Numbered from the stretch's first letter, positions 9,119 to 19,288 are shown. The stretch is DNA of 64,000 bases from Candidatus Margulisiibacteriota bacterium (GCA_043816785.1 JBDRHP010000011.1:1-64000); one strand, 5' to 3'. Notes: generated from the sequence alone by a model not told the origin. Translations and numbers: made by a program.

Positions 9119-11282
9119 CTTTATCTTCCTTCATGCCATCGTCTTTAGCGGGGGTCCCTGGTCTTTGCCAGGTGGCAAAGTCACATTTGGGGTAATTAAT
9201 GCAGCCGTAGAAGACTTTGCGGCGCCTGGTCCTTCTTTCAACAATCTCGCCGTCGCACTTAGGACACTTGGCCCCGATCTTTTTAAGGATCGACTTGATG
9301 TTTTTACACTTGGGATAAGCGGAACAGGCTAAAAAGCTGCCGAAGCGGCTATGTTTCATGACCATGGGGCTGCCGCATTTATCACATTTTTCTTCAACAG
9401 CATCCTTGCCTTCTTCGCCCGGCAGAGCCTTGGTAAACTTGCATTTTGGGTAGCCTGAACACGCCATGAAATCACCGTAGCGGCCCTGGCGGATGACCAG
9501 GAATTTGTCGCAATCAGGACATTTTTCCTTGGTCAATATTTCCTTTTTGACCTTTTCCATTTTGACTTCAGCCTCAGTCAGGGCAGCGGCAAACGGCCCG
9601 TAGAAGTCCTTTAACGTTTCAATCCAGCCCACTTTAGCGGCCACGATATCATCCAGGTCATCTTCCATGTGTGCGGTGAACTTAATGTCCATGATCCGAG
9701 GAAAGTGTTTGACCAGCAGCCCGTTGACGGTTATACCGATCTCGGTTGGCTTGAGCGCGCGGCCTTCCTTTTCTACATATCCCCTGTCTTGGATCGTTGA
9801 CATGATTGGGGCATAGGTAGATGGGCGGCCAATGCCGCTTTTTTCCAATTCTTTGACCAGTGAGGCTTCATTATAGCGAGGTGGCGGTTGGGTAAAGTGT
9901 TGTTCGGGAGACAGGCCCTGCAAGATCAATTCTTGTCCTTCTTTTAGTAAGGGCAGGGTGCCAGCCATTTCTTTTTCGCCTTCCTCATCTTCACCTTCAA
10001 GGTAAACCTTAATAAAACCGTCAAACTTTAAGACCGAGCCAGTGGTGCGAAAAACATAATCATTAGCAGAAATATCAATGGAGGTTTGATCAAAGATTGC
10101 TGAGTTCATCTGGCAGGCCACAAACCTCTTCCAGATCAGATCATAAAGCTTTAGTTCGTCAGGCTTAAGGCTGTCTTTTATTTTTTCCGGGTGCCGCAAG
10201 ACCGAAGTTGGCCGGATCGCCTCGTGAGCATCCTGGGCCTGTTTTTTCTTCTTATATTTTTGTGGTTGGTGGGGAAGATACTCCTGGCCAAAGACTTCTT
10301 TAATATACTTTCTGACCGCAGCCTCAGCTTCGTTGGCGATGCGCACGGAGTCGGTTCTCATGTAAGTGATAAGACCTACCCGGCTTTCGTCTTGCAGGTC
10401 CATGCCCTCATAGAGCTTTTGGGCCAGCACCATGGTCTTTTTAGCGGAGAAACCAAGCTTGCGGGAAGCTTCCTGCTGCAGGGTGCTGGTGATAAAGGGC
10501 GGGGCCGAATGCCGTTTTTGCTCTTTCTTTCTGACGGCGCCAACCGTGTACTGGGCGCCCTCAAGCTCTTTTAAGATCTTCTTGGCTTCAGCCTCAGAAC
10601 TGATAACCTTGCCTTTTTCCTTAGGCCGAACACCTAAAGAGTCTTCTCCTTTGGCAACTAGCTTGGCTGAGAACTCTGTCTTTTCCTGGTTGGCCAGTTT
10701 GGCCAAAATGTCCCAATATTCCTCTGGCTTAAAGGCCTTGATCTTTTCTTCTCTTTCGCAGATCAAGCGAACAGCTACTGACTGAACCCGGCCGGCGGAC
10801 AAGCCTTTTCTGACTTTTTTCCAGAGCAAAGGACTTATTTTGTAGCCGACTAGGCGGTCCAGGATGCGGCGGGCTTGTTGAGCATTAACCCTAGGCATAT
10901 CAATTTCCCGGGGATTTTTGACCGCGCTTGTGACAGCCTCTTCGGTGATCTCGTGGAATTCGATGCGCAAAATCTTGCCGGTTTTTTCCAGCAGGGCCTT
11001 GAGATGCCAGGCAATGGCTTCACCTTCGCGGTCAGGGTCAGGGGCTAAGAAAATCGTGTCCGCGGCTTGGGCTAGTTTTTTTAATTCCTTAACGATCTTT
11101 TCCTTGCCTTTAATGATCTTGTAGTTGGGGGTAAAGTCCTTGTCAATCTTAACCCCAAGGGATTTGGGGGGTAAGTCCCTGATGTGGCCACCGCAGGCTG
11201 TAACTTCAAAGCCTTTACCCAAGAACTTTTTAAGGGTTCTTGCCTTAGCGGGTGACTCAACTATTACCAGTTTTTTAGCCAA
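9111..11282 (-). CDS. topA: DNA topoisomerase I
   Basis: LVIVESPAKA, DPDREGEAI, ITYMRTDS, GIGRPSTY, three C-terminal Zn ribbons; TTG start with GGAGG SD; TTGACA-17-TAACAT promoter upstream. Confidence 0.97.
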   Translation of the reverse strand: MAKKLVIVESPAKARTLKKFLGKGFEVTACGGHIRDLPPKSLGVKIDKDFTPNYKIIKGKEKIVKELKKLAQAADTIFLAPDPDREGEAIAWHLKALLEKTGKILRIEFHEITEEAVTSAVKNPREIDMPRVNAQQARRILDRLVGYKISPLLWKKVRKGLSAGRVQSVAVRLICEREEKIKAFKPEEYWDILAKLANQEKTEFSAKLVAKGEDSLGVRPKEKGKVISSEAEAKKILKELEGAQYTVGAVRKKEQKRHSAPPFITSTLQQEASRKLGFSAKKTMVLAQKLYEGMDLQDESRVGLITYMRTDSVRIANEAEAAVRKYIKEVFGQEYLPHQPQKYKKKKQAQDAHEAIRPTSVLRHPEKIKDSLKPDELKLYDLIWKRFVACQMNSAIFDQTSIDISANDYVFRTTGSVLKFDGFIKVYLEGEDEEGEKEMAGTLPLLKEGQELILQGLSPEQHFTQPPPRYNEASLVKELEKSGIGRPSTYAPIMSTIQDRGYVEKEGRALKPTEIGITVNGLLVKHFPRIMDIKFTAHMEDDLDDIVAAKVGWIETLKDFYGPFAAALTEAEVKMEKVKKEILTKEKCPDCDKFLVIRQGRYGDFMACSGYPKCKFTKALPGEEGKDAVEEKCDKCGSPMVMKHSRFGSFLACSAYPKCKNIKSILKKIGAKCPKCDGEIVERRTRRRKVFYGCINYPKCDFATWQRPGTPAKDDGMKEDKGA

Positions 11283-11413
11283 AATTTCCTCCTTGAATCA
11301 AATGAATGTTATCAGACAAGGCTATATCTGTCAAATAGTACAGCAATTTCATTGCCAGGTCCGGGTTAATTTTCTTATGAGGGAGAAGGTTTTGAAGCGT
11401 CGAAATTACGACA

Positions 11414-13135
11414 CTAGCGGCCAAATCTATTATCTAGCTCTTCCTGAGACAGCCTTATCATGGTGGGTCGGCCATGGGGGCAGGTTGCCGGGTTTTCAGT
11501 TGCAAACAGGTCCTTGATCAACTGATTCATCTCTTGGACAGATAATTTGTCACCAGCTTTGATGGCGCTGTGGCAAGCGATCAGTTTGCGGATATTTTCC
11601 TGTTTAATTTCTAATTGTGCTGATTTTCCCAGGGTCTGGAGCTCAGATACGATATCCAGGAGCATTTGTTTGGCTGGGTTTTTGGTCGCGATCGCTGGCA
11701 CTGAGCGTAATATATATGTATTATTGCCGAATTCTTCCAAGTCAAAGCCGAGACCCTTTAAATATTCTATGTTTTCTCCCAGGACGGCTGCTTCCTTGGG
11801 GCTAGTCTCGATGGTTTCGGGAACTAACAGGGGTTGCTGTGCTTGGGTTTTGGCTTTGTGGCCAAGTTGATCATAAATAATGCGCTCATGCGCTGCATGC
11901 TGGTCAATTAGCGCGAGGTCCTCGCCGTCCGTACATATAATATATGTAGCTTTATATTGATAGATAGGGAAGAGCGGTTGAACAGCGGAAAGATCTATCT
12001 CTATTTCCTGGCTGGTAACCGGCAGCTGATCATTGATCGCCGAAAACAGGGCATCAGCCATTTCAGGTTTCCAGGCCAGATCAGTGCTTGGGGTCCAGGA
12101 GCCGGAGCCCTGGCCATCCCCAGCTACCGGTTGTTTAATGTTGAGTTTTTGTTCCAGAGTAAGCCTGACACAATCCCTGATCGCTCCCATAACTTCCTGG
12201 GTTTTTACAAACTTGATCTCGCGTTTGGTTGGGTGGACATTAACATCTATTTGTTTTGGGTCTATCTCGATAAAAAGGATAGCGATTGGATAACGGTTAT
12301 TCGGGATAAGGGTGCGGTAGCCTTCTTCCAAAGCCCGGTTGAGCAGGAAATTTTTAACATATCGGCCATTAACAAAAAAGGTCTCATAGCTTTTGTCCAG
12401 CCGGCTTAACGTTGGCCGGCTGATCAAGCCGCTAATTTTGCCCAGTTTAAAATCAAGCTGGGCTTCAACCAGCTCTTTAGCCAGCTCAACCCCGTAAATG
12501 GCAGCCACGGCATCTTTTAGGCGGCCAGAACCGGAAGTGACCAGCAAAGGCTTTCCGTCTGAAACTAGTTCAAAGGCGATTTGCGGCTTAGCCAGGGCAT
12601 ATTTTGCAACGATATCGCCGATATGGCCTATTTCAGTTGGCGGTGATTTAAGGAACTTTTTTCTGGCCGGGGTATTAAAGAAAAGATCTTTTACAATCAG
12701 GGTTGTTCCAACCGGACAACCAATTTCTTCTATCTTGCCAATTTTCCCGCCCTCAACCCTTAACAAGCTTCCAGCTTCCTCATCTTTATCCTTACTTCTG
12801 ATCTCCATTATAGAAACACTAGCGATCGAGGGCAGTGCTTCGCCGCGAAAGCCTAAAGTTTGGATGTTGAACAGATCATCAAGCTGGCTGATCTTGGAGG
12901 TTGAGTGGCGTTCAATGGCCAGCCTCACTTCTTCCCGGGTCATGCCCTGGCCGTTATCGGAGACACGGATCAGCTTGCGTCCAGCGCTTTGGATCTCGAC
13001 TTTGATCTGTGTGGCCTTGGCGTCAATCGCATTTTCGAGCAATTCCTTGACCACAGATGCCGGGCGTTCAACCACTTCGCCAGCAGCGATCTTATTAGTG
13101 AGATCTTCAGGCAGGATCTTGATCCGTGAGGCCAT
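11414..13135 (-). CDS. mutL: DNA mismatch repair endonuclease MutL
   Basis: IAAGEVVERP, GFRGEAL, DVNVHPTK, DQHAAHER, CPHGRP. Confidence 0.97.
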   Translation of the reverse strand: MASRIKILPEDLTNKIAAGEVVERPASVVKELLENAIDAKATQIKVEIQSAGRKLIRVSDNGQGMTREEVRLAIERHSTSKISQLDDLFNIQTLGFRGEALPSIASVSIMEIRSKDKDEEAGSLLRVEGGKIGKIEEIGCPVGTTLIVKDLFFNTPARKKFLKSPPTEIGHIGDIVAKYALAKPQIAFELVSDGKPLLVTSGSGRLKDAVAAIYGVELAKELVEAQLDFKLGKISGLISRPTLSRLDKSYETFFVNGRYVKNFLLNRALEEGYRTLIPNNRYPIAILFIEIDPKQIDVNVHPTKREIKFVKTQEVMGAIRDCVRLTLEQKLNIKQPVAGDGQGSGSWTPSTDLAWKPEMADALFSAINDQLPVTSQEIEIDLSAVQPLFPIYQYKATYIICTDGEDLALIDQHAAHERIIYDQLGHKAKTQAQQPLLVPETIETSPKEAAVLGENIEYLKGLGFDLEEFGNNTYILRSVPAIATKNPAKQMLLDIVSELQTLGKSAQLEIKQENIRKLIACHSAIKAGDKLSVQEMNQLIKDLFATENPATCPHGRPTMIRLSQEELDNRFGR

Positions 13136-13161
13136 AGCTCAATTTTACTTTATTTTGAGGC

Positions 13162-13788
13162 TTAATCCAAGAAGGGGTAGCTGTTTTCCTGGTACAATTT
13201 CTTAAGTTTTAAAAGTGCTGGCTCAAGGATCTCCGGGCCATGGCCTTTCCAGCCGCGGTTGGCGGTTTCTTGCAAAGACTCTAAATCTCTTTTTGTTTGT
13301 TGATAAACATATTCAGGCGGCAGGCCGACTTTCACTTTACTTATTGCCCTGGCGATGACCTTCTCTGCTTTCTCTTCCCAGCGCGGCACATCCGCGCTAT
13401 AAACGCGGCCAGTATACTTTAGGGCAAAGCGGTCCAGGGCGATTTCCAGCCGGCGTTTTTCCCAGGGAGTCTTGGCCTGTTCAAATTGCTCGATGAGTTT
13501 ATTATATTCCGGATCGTCATAGGCAGGCGGGATCATCAAGTGTTGTGTTGGGATGATCGGCTCTATCATAATGCGGCAATCGTCTTTTCCCTGCAGGGCC
13601 TCTTTATTATTTGGATCGATCTTTAGGACCTCGTCGTATAATTTTTCTGCCTCTTCGTATTTCTCGGCATATTTAAAGTTGTCGGCTTTGGAGAGCAAAG
13701 ACGCGGCCTCCTCGTGATCAGCATTGGCAGAGGTGAATGACATGAACAGGAAAAGGGAGATAAACATTATTATTATTTTAGTGCCCAT
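13162..13788 (-). CDS. Exported tetratricopeptide-repeat protein
   Basis: Signal peptide; single TPR-like YEEAEKLYDEVLKIDPNN. Confidence 0.6.
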   Translation of the reverse strand: MGTKIIIMFISLFLFMSFTSANADHEEAASLLSKADNFKYAEKYEEAEKLYDEVLKIDPNNKEALQGKDDCRIMIEPIIPTQHLMIPPAYDDPEYNKLIEQFEQAKTPWEKRRLEIALDRFALKYTGRVYSADVPRWEEKAEKVIARAISKVKVGLPPEYVYQQTKRDLESLQETANRGWKGHGPEILEPALLKLKKLYQENSYPFLD

Positions 13789-14339
13789 AAAAGCTCCTTT
13801 AGTTTCCTGACGGGTAATCCTACCACATTTTCGTAATCGCCGGCGATTTTCTCGATAAAAATCTCCTCGATCTCCTGAATGCCGTAGGAGCCGGCTTTGT
13901 CCAGGGGTTTGCCGGTTTTAACATAGTCATTGATCTCGTTGTCCGAGACCTTTTTCATTTTTACCTTGGTAACCTCAAAATCCGCGATCTTGTCGAACGT
14001 TTCTGAGTCAACAACAGCGATGCCAGTAATCACCTTGTGTGTCCGGCCAACCAGGCTTTTAAGCATAGCGATCGCCGCTTTATTGCTTTTTGGTTTGCCC
14101 AGGATCTTTTTGCCTAGCACTACGATCGTATCAGCGCCAATAACCAGGGAGTTTTTTGACCTCAGGGCCACGTCTTCTGCCTTGGCCAGTGCTGCTTTAA
14201 TTGCAAAGGCTTCTGGATTCTTGGCTCTAATACCTGATTCATCGACCTGACTGGGGATTACCATGAAGTTCTTAACAATTTTCTTTAGCAGTTTTTTCCT
14301 TCGGGGTGAGGCCGAGGCTAGAATAACTTTCTTTTTCAT
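13773..14339 (-). CDS. maf: Maf-family nucleoside triphosphate pyrophosphatase
   Basis: ILASASPRR, IGADTIV, DKAGSYGIQ, NVVGLP. Confidence 0.95.
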   Translation of the reverse strand: MKKKVILASASPRRKKLLKKIVKNFMVIPSQVDESGIRAKNPEAFAIKAALAKAEDVALRSKNSLVIGADTIVVLGKKILGKPKSNKAAIAMLKSLVGRTHKVITGIAVVDSETFDKIADFEVTKVKMKKVSDNEINDYVKTGKPLDKAGSYGIQEIEEIFIEKIAGDYENVVGLPVRKLKELLWALK

Positions 14340-15145
14340 GTTAATGAAGACTTTTTTCCATAAAGAACCAGGGCATAGCTTAGATATTGGTCTAGAAAGG
14401 TTCCTTTTTCTTTTTTTAGGTGGAGAACACTTAAATCACGATCCATCTTTAGCAGTTTTTTTATGATTCTAAGCGGACTAATAAAATTGAATGAGTAAAA
14501 GATAGAGTCACCAAAAAACGAATATTTTGTAATGCCAATCTCTTTACATATCTTTCTCAATTCTCGTCTTGAATAAGGGTATTCCTCTCCAGCCTTCCAC
14601 GTTCCGGCTGTTTCGGCAAGAAATTTAAATATTCTGTAGGGCAGGTTGTATTTGTTAGGAACGGAAATAAAAGTAATTCCCTTATCCTTTAAAACATCAA
14701 AATGGGCTTTGTTTATCTTTATTCTAGCGGGGCCGCTAAAATGCTCGGTTAAACCAAAGGACATGGAAATATCATATTTGCCCAGCAGATTGGCCGGGAG
14801 CAGGAGGGCATCTTGTTTAATGAATTCTGCGGACAAACCGTTTCTTTCAAAAAACTCACGAGCTCTTCTAAGCGCGCCTTCAGAATAATCAAGGATAGTG
14901 ATCTTGGCCCCTCTTTTTGCCATTAAGGCGGCATTGGTCCCAACGCCAGCGCCCAGCTCAATGACTTTTAAGCCATTAAAAGAGCCAAATTGTTTTACTA
15001 CGGCTTTTTCGGTTCGTTGCCATCTTATAGAATGTTCTTCCTTTGCAAGATCGAAAATGTCTTCTTCGATCAAAGGAGATTTTTGCCAAAGACCATCCCA
15101 TAGTTGTGGTGAGTTATTTTCTGTGTTTTTCTCGCTGTTTATCAT
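14336..15145 (-). CDS. Class I SAM-dependent methyltransferase
   Basis: VIELGAGVG motif I, LDYS, SFGLTEHF; AT-rich; start probably MINSEK at 15145. Confidence 0.85.
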   Translation of the reverse strand: MINSEKNTENNSPQLWDGLWQKSPLIEEDIFDLAKEEHSIRWQRTEKAVVKQFGSFNGLKVIELGAGVGTNAALMAKRGAKITILDYSEGALRRAREFFERNGLSAEFIKQDALLLPANLLGKYDISMSFGLTEHFSGPARIKINKAHFDVLKDKGITFISVPNKYNLPYRIFKFLAETAGTWKAGEEYPYSRRELRKICKEIGITKYSFFGDSIFYSFNFISPLRIIKKLLKMDRDLSVLHLKKEKGTFLDQYLSYALVLYGKKSSLT

Positions 15146-15263
15146 GCAGGGTAGGTGCCTCAACAAGAGTATATACGATGTGTTTATGTGTATGCAACTC
15201 TTTGCTAGGCCCAAGCCGTGCCCAGTTTTGTATGTAGGGAATATTAATAATCTTCCTTAAAGT

Positions 15264-15290
15264 GAAATTGCAGCCACATTTTAGCGACAA
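15264..15290 (+). promoter_or_regulatory. Sigma28-like promoter candidate
   Basis: GAAA-N15-AGCGACAA, 20 nt before the ATG at 15311. Confidence 0.35.
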
Positions 15291-15310
15291 AATTGCGGAG
15301 AGTGATAGAA

Positions 15311-15556
15311 ATGAAAAAGCTTGTTTTTGTTTCTTTGGTGCTATCTTTCTTGCTATTGTCTTGTTCTTTTGCCCAATCCGACCTTAATAATTCTCTCGAG
15401 GAGTGGAATGGCTATTATGTTTCTCACGGGATCAGTGGTTATCCGACGTATAACCGATTGATGGATAGATATGATTTTTATGACATAAATGACAGTTATT
15501 GCGGCAGCCTGTGTTATAATCCTGTTATAGACGATTGGGAATATATTAGTCTTTAA
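15311..15556 (+). CDS. Small exported hypothetical protein
   Basis: MKKLVFVSLVLSFLLLSCSFA signal peptide; Tyr/Asp-rich mature part. Confidence 0.65.
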   Translation: MKKLVFVSLVLSFLLLSCSFAQSDLNNSLEEWNGYYVSHGISGYPTYNRLMDRYDFYDINDSYCGSLCYNPVIDDWEYISL

Positions 15557-15558
15557 TT

Positions 15559-16203
15559 ATGAAACGTGGAATTTCCGTCGTTATTTTAATTGTTTTGCTT
15601 TTTGCTGGTCTAGTCCAGGCTAAAGATCTGCGAGCGACTAAACTCAAAAAATTCCTGGACCGCTACCCCTGGAGCCCGTTGCGCGGCCACGAACAGGAAA
15701 TCCTTTACTGCGCTGATAAATTTGGTTTGGACTACCGCCTCTATATCGCGATCGCTGGCGCCGAAAGCTCCTATGGCAAAAGATTCCCCAAGAGCAGCAA
15801 AAACCTGACTGGATATGCGGTATATGATGATAACGTTGGCAGCTTTAATTCTATTTGGCATAATATTTATGAGACTTCAAAACTGATCGCGACCTCAAAC
15901 TACTACAAAAAATTCAGGAAGACCCGTGACATTAAAGACTTGATCTTTGTTTATAAGGGCGTGCCGCCTTATGACCATTACTATAATAATATGCGCTACG
16001 CCCTGGACCAGATCACCAGGGTATCCATTGTCCGTGAGTTGAAAGAGCAGCGGGAAAAGCTGGTGCGGTTGGACCCTGCCAGCAAGCGCCTGATGGGAAA
16101 ACGGGAGTATGTTGAGAAAATGTTTGCCTGGACGGCGGTTCGCTATGATAAGCACACAGTAAGAAAAGTCAGCGAGGCTGGCCTCAAATTTGCCGCCAAA
16201 TAG
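15559..16203 (+). CDS. Exported lysozyme-like (glucosaminidase/SLT-like) protein
   Basis: Signal peptide; SPL...ADKFGLDYRLYIAIAGAESSYG with a catalytic-type ES motif. Confidence 0.6.
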   Translation: MKRGISVVILIVLLFAGLVQAKDLRATKLKKFLDRYPWSPLRGHEQEILYCADKFGLDYRLYIAIAGAESSYGKRFPKSSKNLTGYAVYDDNVGSFNSIWHNIYETSKLIATSNYYKKFRKTRDIKDLIFVYKGVPPYDHYYNNMRYALDQITRVSIVRELKEQREKLVRLDPASKRLMGKREYVEKMFAWTAVRYDKHTVRKVSEAGLKFAAK

Positions 16204-16216
16204 CTTAGTGCCTTTA

Positions 16217-16780
16217 TCACCCTGCAAACTCAAAACAGCTGGGAACTCTCTGGGCTTGACCCAAGTCCATTCCGAAATCAGCGATAATATCAAAGCGGCC
16301 TAGAAAGGTGCGAGTAGTTTGTTGGAAGATCGGGAAATATTCTCGCCAATTGGACCGGAAGGCATTTGATGCGACCTTTACAAAACTCTCAAAAAGTCGG
16401 GAAATTTATTCAAGATCGTCTCTGGTGAAAACGCAACGGAAAGGATCAGTAAAAACCAGCGCCGGAGTATTCTTGCCAATCTTATAGAGCGGGATAATAA
16501 CATTATTAAGGTTAACCCAATCGCTGATAAACAAGCCCTGTCTTGATAGATTATAGATTGTTCCCAATAACAAATCTAGAAAAACAGCTATGTCCTCAGG
16601 CTCTTTTTGTTCCAAGATCTTTGTCCCGCTGATCGCATTTTCGCCTTCCCGGTATTCTTTCTGGGCAACGACCAACGGCGAAGCAAGCATTGTCTGGCCA
16701 ACAGAGAGCTCAGCCTTTCTGCGTACAGCGTGTTGTTTGCTGCTGCGCATGAGCTGATAGCCGGGCAGAAGTTTTGCCAT
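16217..16780 (-). pseudogene. Kinase-like orphan gene interrupted by an in-frame TAA
   Basis: 124-aa ORF ends at TAA 16406-16408 but the same frame stays open for 62 more codons to TGA 16217; ISDWVNLNNVII and LVFTDP resemble kinase catalytic-loop and DFG motifs. Confidence 0.45.
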
Positions 16781-16855
16781 GAGCTTGGAGGCGGTTTTCT
16801 ATTGAGAGTACTTTGTCCCGAGACGCAGCGGGAAATAGTGTGCTATTATCAGCTA

Positions 16856-18400
16856 ATGCAAATCTTGCTCCACAATATCAAGATCCGGTTAGAAGATGAT
16901 GAGCCTGCGAGCTATAAAAAATTAGCGGCTAATAAACTCAGGCTGGACATTTCCGATGTCAGCCAGGTAAGGGTGTTTAAGAAGTCGTTGGATGCCCGTG
17001 ACAAAAGGCAGTTTTTTTATAATTTGTCTTTGGCGGTTAAGATACCGTCAAAATTCAGGCACAGCAAGCAGTTCCCCCGCCTGGCGGAAGCACCTCCCAA
17101 AAAAGAACCAAAAAATATTTTGTCAGATAGGCCGATTATTATCGGCTTTGGTCCGGCCGGGATGTTTGCTGCTTTAACTTTTTTGGCCTATGGTATAAAA
17201 CCGGTTGTTTTTGAGCGGGGGAAAAGAGTTGAGGAGCGGCTACAGGATATTCGCAAATTTGAGCAAGAAGGGGTTTTAGATCCGGAATCAAATGCCCAGT
17301 TTGGTGAAGGTGGGGCAGGGACATATTCCGATGGTAAGCTGACAACCAGGATAAAAGAGACCGGCTATGTGGCCAAAGTTTTAGAGACCTTTGTTGAGCA
17401 TGGAGCGCCGGCTGAAATCGCTTATTTAAACAAGCCGCATTTGGGGACTGATCAGCTCTCTGCCATTGTTAAAGATATTAGAGAGTATATTGTGAGTTCA
17501 GGCGGAGAGATCAATTTTCAGTCAAAAGTGACAGATCTTATTGTTGAGGGAGATACGCTGAAGGGTGTCATGGTCAACGGGCAAAAGCACTTCTCAACAA
17601 CGGTGATCTTGGCGATCGGTCATTCGGCTAGAGATACTTTTCAATTATTACGGGACAAAGGAGTTGGCCTGGAGCAAAAGCCTTTTGCGGTTGGGGTGAG
17701 AATTGAGCATCCGGCTGAATTGATCAACCTGATGCAGTATGGTGAAAAGTATCAAAATCATCCCAAGCTTGGTCCGGCAGAGTATGCGTTGGCAGCTGGG
17801 GGTGTCTATTCTTTTTGCATGTGTCCGGGTGGTGAGATGATTAATGCTGCTTCAGAGCCTGGCAAACAGGCCTTAAATGGCATGAGCAATTCCAAGCGGA
17901 ATGGGCAGTTTTCTAATGCCGCCATTGTGGCGGCGGTTACCACAGAGGATTTTGGCTCCAGCGATCCCATGGCCGGGATCGAGTTTCAGCGGCAGATGGA
18001 GGCGAAGGCCTACATTGATGGATGGAAGGCGCCGGCTCAGAATCTAATGGATTTTCTTAATGGAACTAAGTCGTCAAAGATCATTCCCAATTCATATAAG
18101 CTGGGAACGGTTTCTACGGAGCTTAACAAAATGTTGCCGGAATTTATTTCCAGTAAGCTTGCGGCTGCCTTTAAGCAATGGGCAGAGCGGTTTCCTCTCT
18201 TTGTCTCTGAGCGGGCGGTGCTGCTTCTGCCTGAGACCAGAACCTCCTCGCCGGTCAGGATATTGCGGAATAATGAAAGGCGCTCAGTAAGCCTGGCCAC
18301 CTTATATCCAGTTGGCGAAGGTTCGGGCTATGCTGGTGGGATAACCAGTTCAGCTGTTGATGCGATTAAAACGGTTGAGGCGATACTTGGGATCTCATAA
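16856..18400 (+). CDS. NAD(P)/FAD-dependent oxidoreductase
   Basis: IIGFGPAG, FGEGGAGTYSDGKL, KPHLGTD, FCMCPGG, ETRTSSP, GEGSGYAGGITSSAVD; real start probably MQILLH at 16856. Confidence 0.9.
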   Translation: MQILLHNIKIRLEDDEPASYKKLAANKLRLDISDVSQVRVFKKSLDARDKRQFFYNLSLAVKIPSKFRHSKQFPRLAEAPPKKEPKNILSDRPIIIGFGPAGMFAALTFLAYGIKPVVFERGKRVEERLQDIRKFEQEGVLDPESNAQFGEGGAGTYSDGKLTTRIKETGYVAKVLETFVEHGAPAEIAYLNKPHLGTDQLSAIVKDIREYIVSSGGEINFQSKVTDLIVEGDTLKGVMVNGQKHFSTTVILAIGHSARDTFQLLRDKGVGLEQKPFAVGVRIEHPAELINLMQYGEKYQNHPKLGPAEYALAAGGVYSFCMCPGGEMINAASEPGKQALNGMSNSKRNGQFSNAAIVAAVTTEDFGSSDPMAGIEFQRQMEAKAYIDGWKAPAQNLMDFLNGTKSSKIIPNSYKLGTVSTELNKMLPEFISSKLAAAFKQWAERFPLFVSERAVLLLPETRTSSPVRILRNNERRSVSLATLYPVGEGSGYAGGITSSAVDAIKTVEAILGIS

Positions 18401-18404
18401 AAAA

Positions 18405-18417
18405 TTGGAGAGGGAAG
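18405..18417. repeat. 13-bp direct repeat of the tRNA-Tyr 3' end (att-like)
   Basis: TTGGAGAGGGAAG at 18405-18417 is identical to 19109-19121. Confidence 0.6.
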
Positions 18418-18603
18418 CCCTTCGGCTTCGCTCAGGACAACCCTCTTGCGTACTCACTTCCTAATGCCACTTTTCGCTGTGCCTTTTTATTCTGATGGAA
18501 AGGCAACATCAAGCGACGAAATCTCGACACCTTTGACGGGCCTCCACTAGTAAAAATGGTTTTAAAGGTCGGCAATAAAGTTGCTGTTATGTGGTTGGGT
18601 GAA

Positions 18604-18978
18604 ATGAAAATGATGGATAAACCATTTGCGAAATTCCCAGTATATCAACAAGCTTTAATTGCGGCAAAAAAAGTTAATCTGCTGTGCAAAAGGATTAATA
18701 GCCGGGAATTTTGTTTTTTAAAAGATCAACTTAGAAGAGCTGCGTCTTCAATTGTTTTAAATATTGCCGAGGGCTCTGGAAAATGGACCAAAAAGGACAA
18801 AATTAATTTCTATCGTATTGCCAGGGCGTCGGCACATGAATGTTCTGGGGCACTTGACTTGATTATCGTATACCAATTAGCAAACGAAGATAATATTAAG
18901 CTGTATAAAAGGGAATTTGAACGTATTGCCGGCGACTTGCAAGCTATGATCTTTAGCATAGAAAGAAGAAAAATATAA
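18604..18978 (+). CDS. Four-helix bundle protein (23S rRNA IVS-type family)
   Basis: LKDQLRRAASSIVLNIAEG, F..IARASAHEC; followed by inverted CCTGTG-type short repeats at 18984-19077. Confidence 0.88.
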   Translation: MKMMDKPFAKFPVYQQALIAAKKVNLLCKRINSREFCFLKDQLRRAASSIVLNIAEGSGKWTKKDKINFYRIARASAHECSGALDLIIVYQLANEDNIKLYKREFERIAGDLQAMIFSIERRKI

Positions 18979-19109
18979 TAATTCCTGTGCCTGCTCCTGT
19001 GCCTTTCCCTATGCTTGTGCCTATAAAAATCCGATTTGGAGTGGTTCTGATGTTAGGCGCAGGAACAGGCACAGGAAATAAAAATCCAGCGCCAGCTCGG
19101 ATTTTTATT

Positions 19110-19192
19110 TGGAGAGGGAAGGATTCGAACCTTCGAAGGCATAAGCCGTCTGATTTACAGTCAGATGCGTTTAACCACTTCGCTACCTCTCC
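19110..19192 (-). tRNA. tRNA-Tyr (GTA)
   Basis: GGAGAGGTAGCGAAGTGGTTAAACGC-ATCTGA-CTGTAAA-TCAGA, long variable arm, GGTTCGAATCC T-loop; CCA not encoded. Confidence 0.96.
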
Positions 19193-19240
19193 GCGCGATA
19201 GCGCCCTGTGCCTGAGCCTTTTAAGAGCGCCATAAAAGAA

Positions 19241-19279
19241 CGGTTGCGGTTAAGACACGAAAGGCCCTAACCGCAACCG
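19241..19279 (-). terminator. Hairpin, probable intrinsic terminator
   Basis: CGGTTGCGGTTA...TAACCGCAACCG stem followed by TTCTTTT on the minus strand. Confidence 0.6.
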
Positions 19280-19288
19280 AATAAAAAC

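Noticed and set aside
11307..11350. Sigma28-like motif upstream of topA (GAAA-N15-ACAGATAT)
   Set aside because: It lacks the CGA core and overlaps a canonical TTGACA-N17-TAACAT sigma70 promoter.
16204..16405. Intergenic gap as a structured ncRNA
   Set aside because: No recognisable tmRNA, RNase P or SRP motifs; better explained as the read-through part of the minus-strand pseudogene.
16607..16855. N-terminal extensions of ORF-track calls for the oxidoreductase, and similarly DUF151, fabD, fabG, S8 protease and clpC
   Set aside because: Artefacts of longest-ORF calling; downstream ATGs fit family starts and have adjacent -10 boxes, SD motifs or stop-start overlaps.
18604..18978. Four-helix bundle gene as the DGR accessory protein Avd
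   Set aside because: Its motifs fit the common IVS-type four-helix family; no RT or template repeat is adjacent and it is 28 kb from the candidate variable region.
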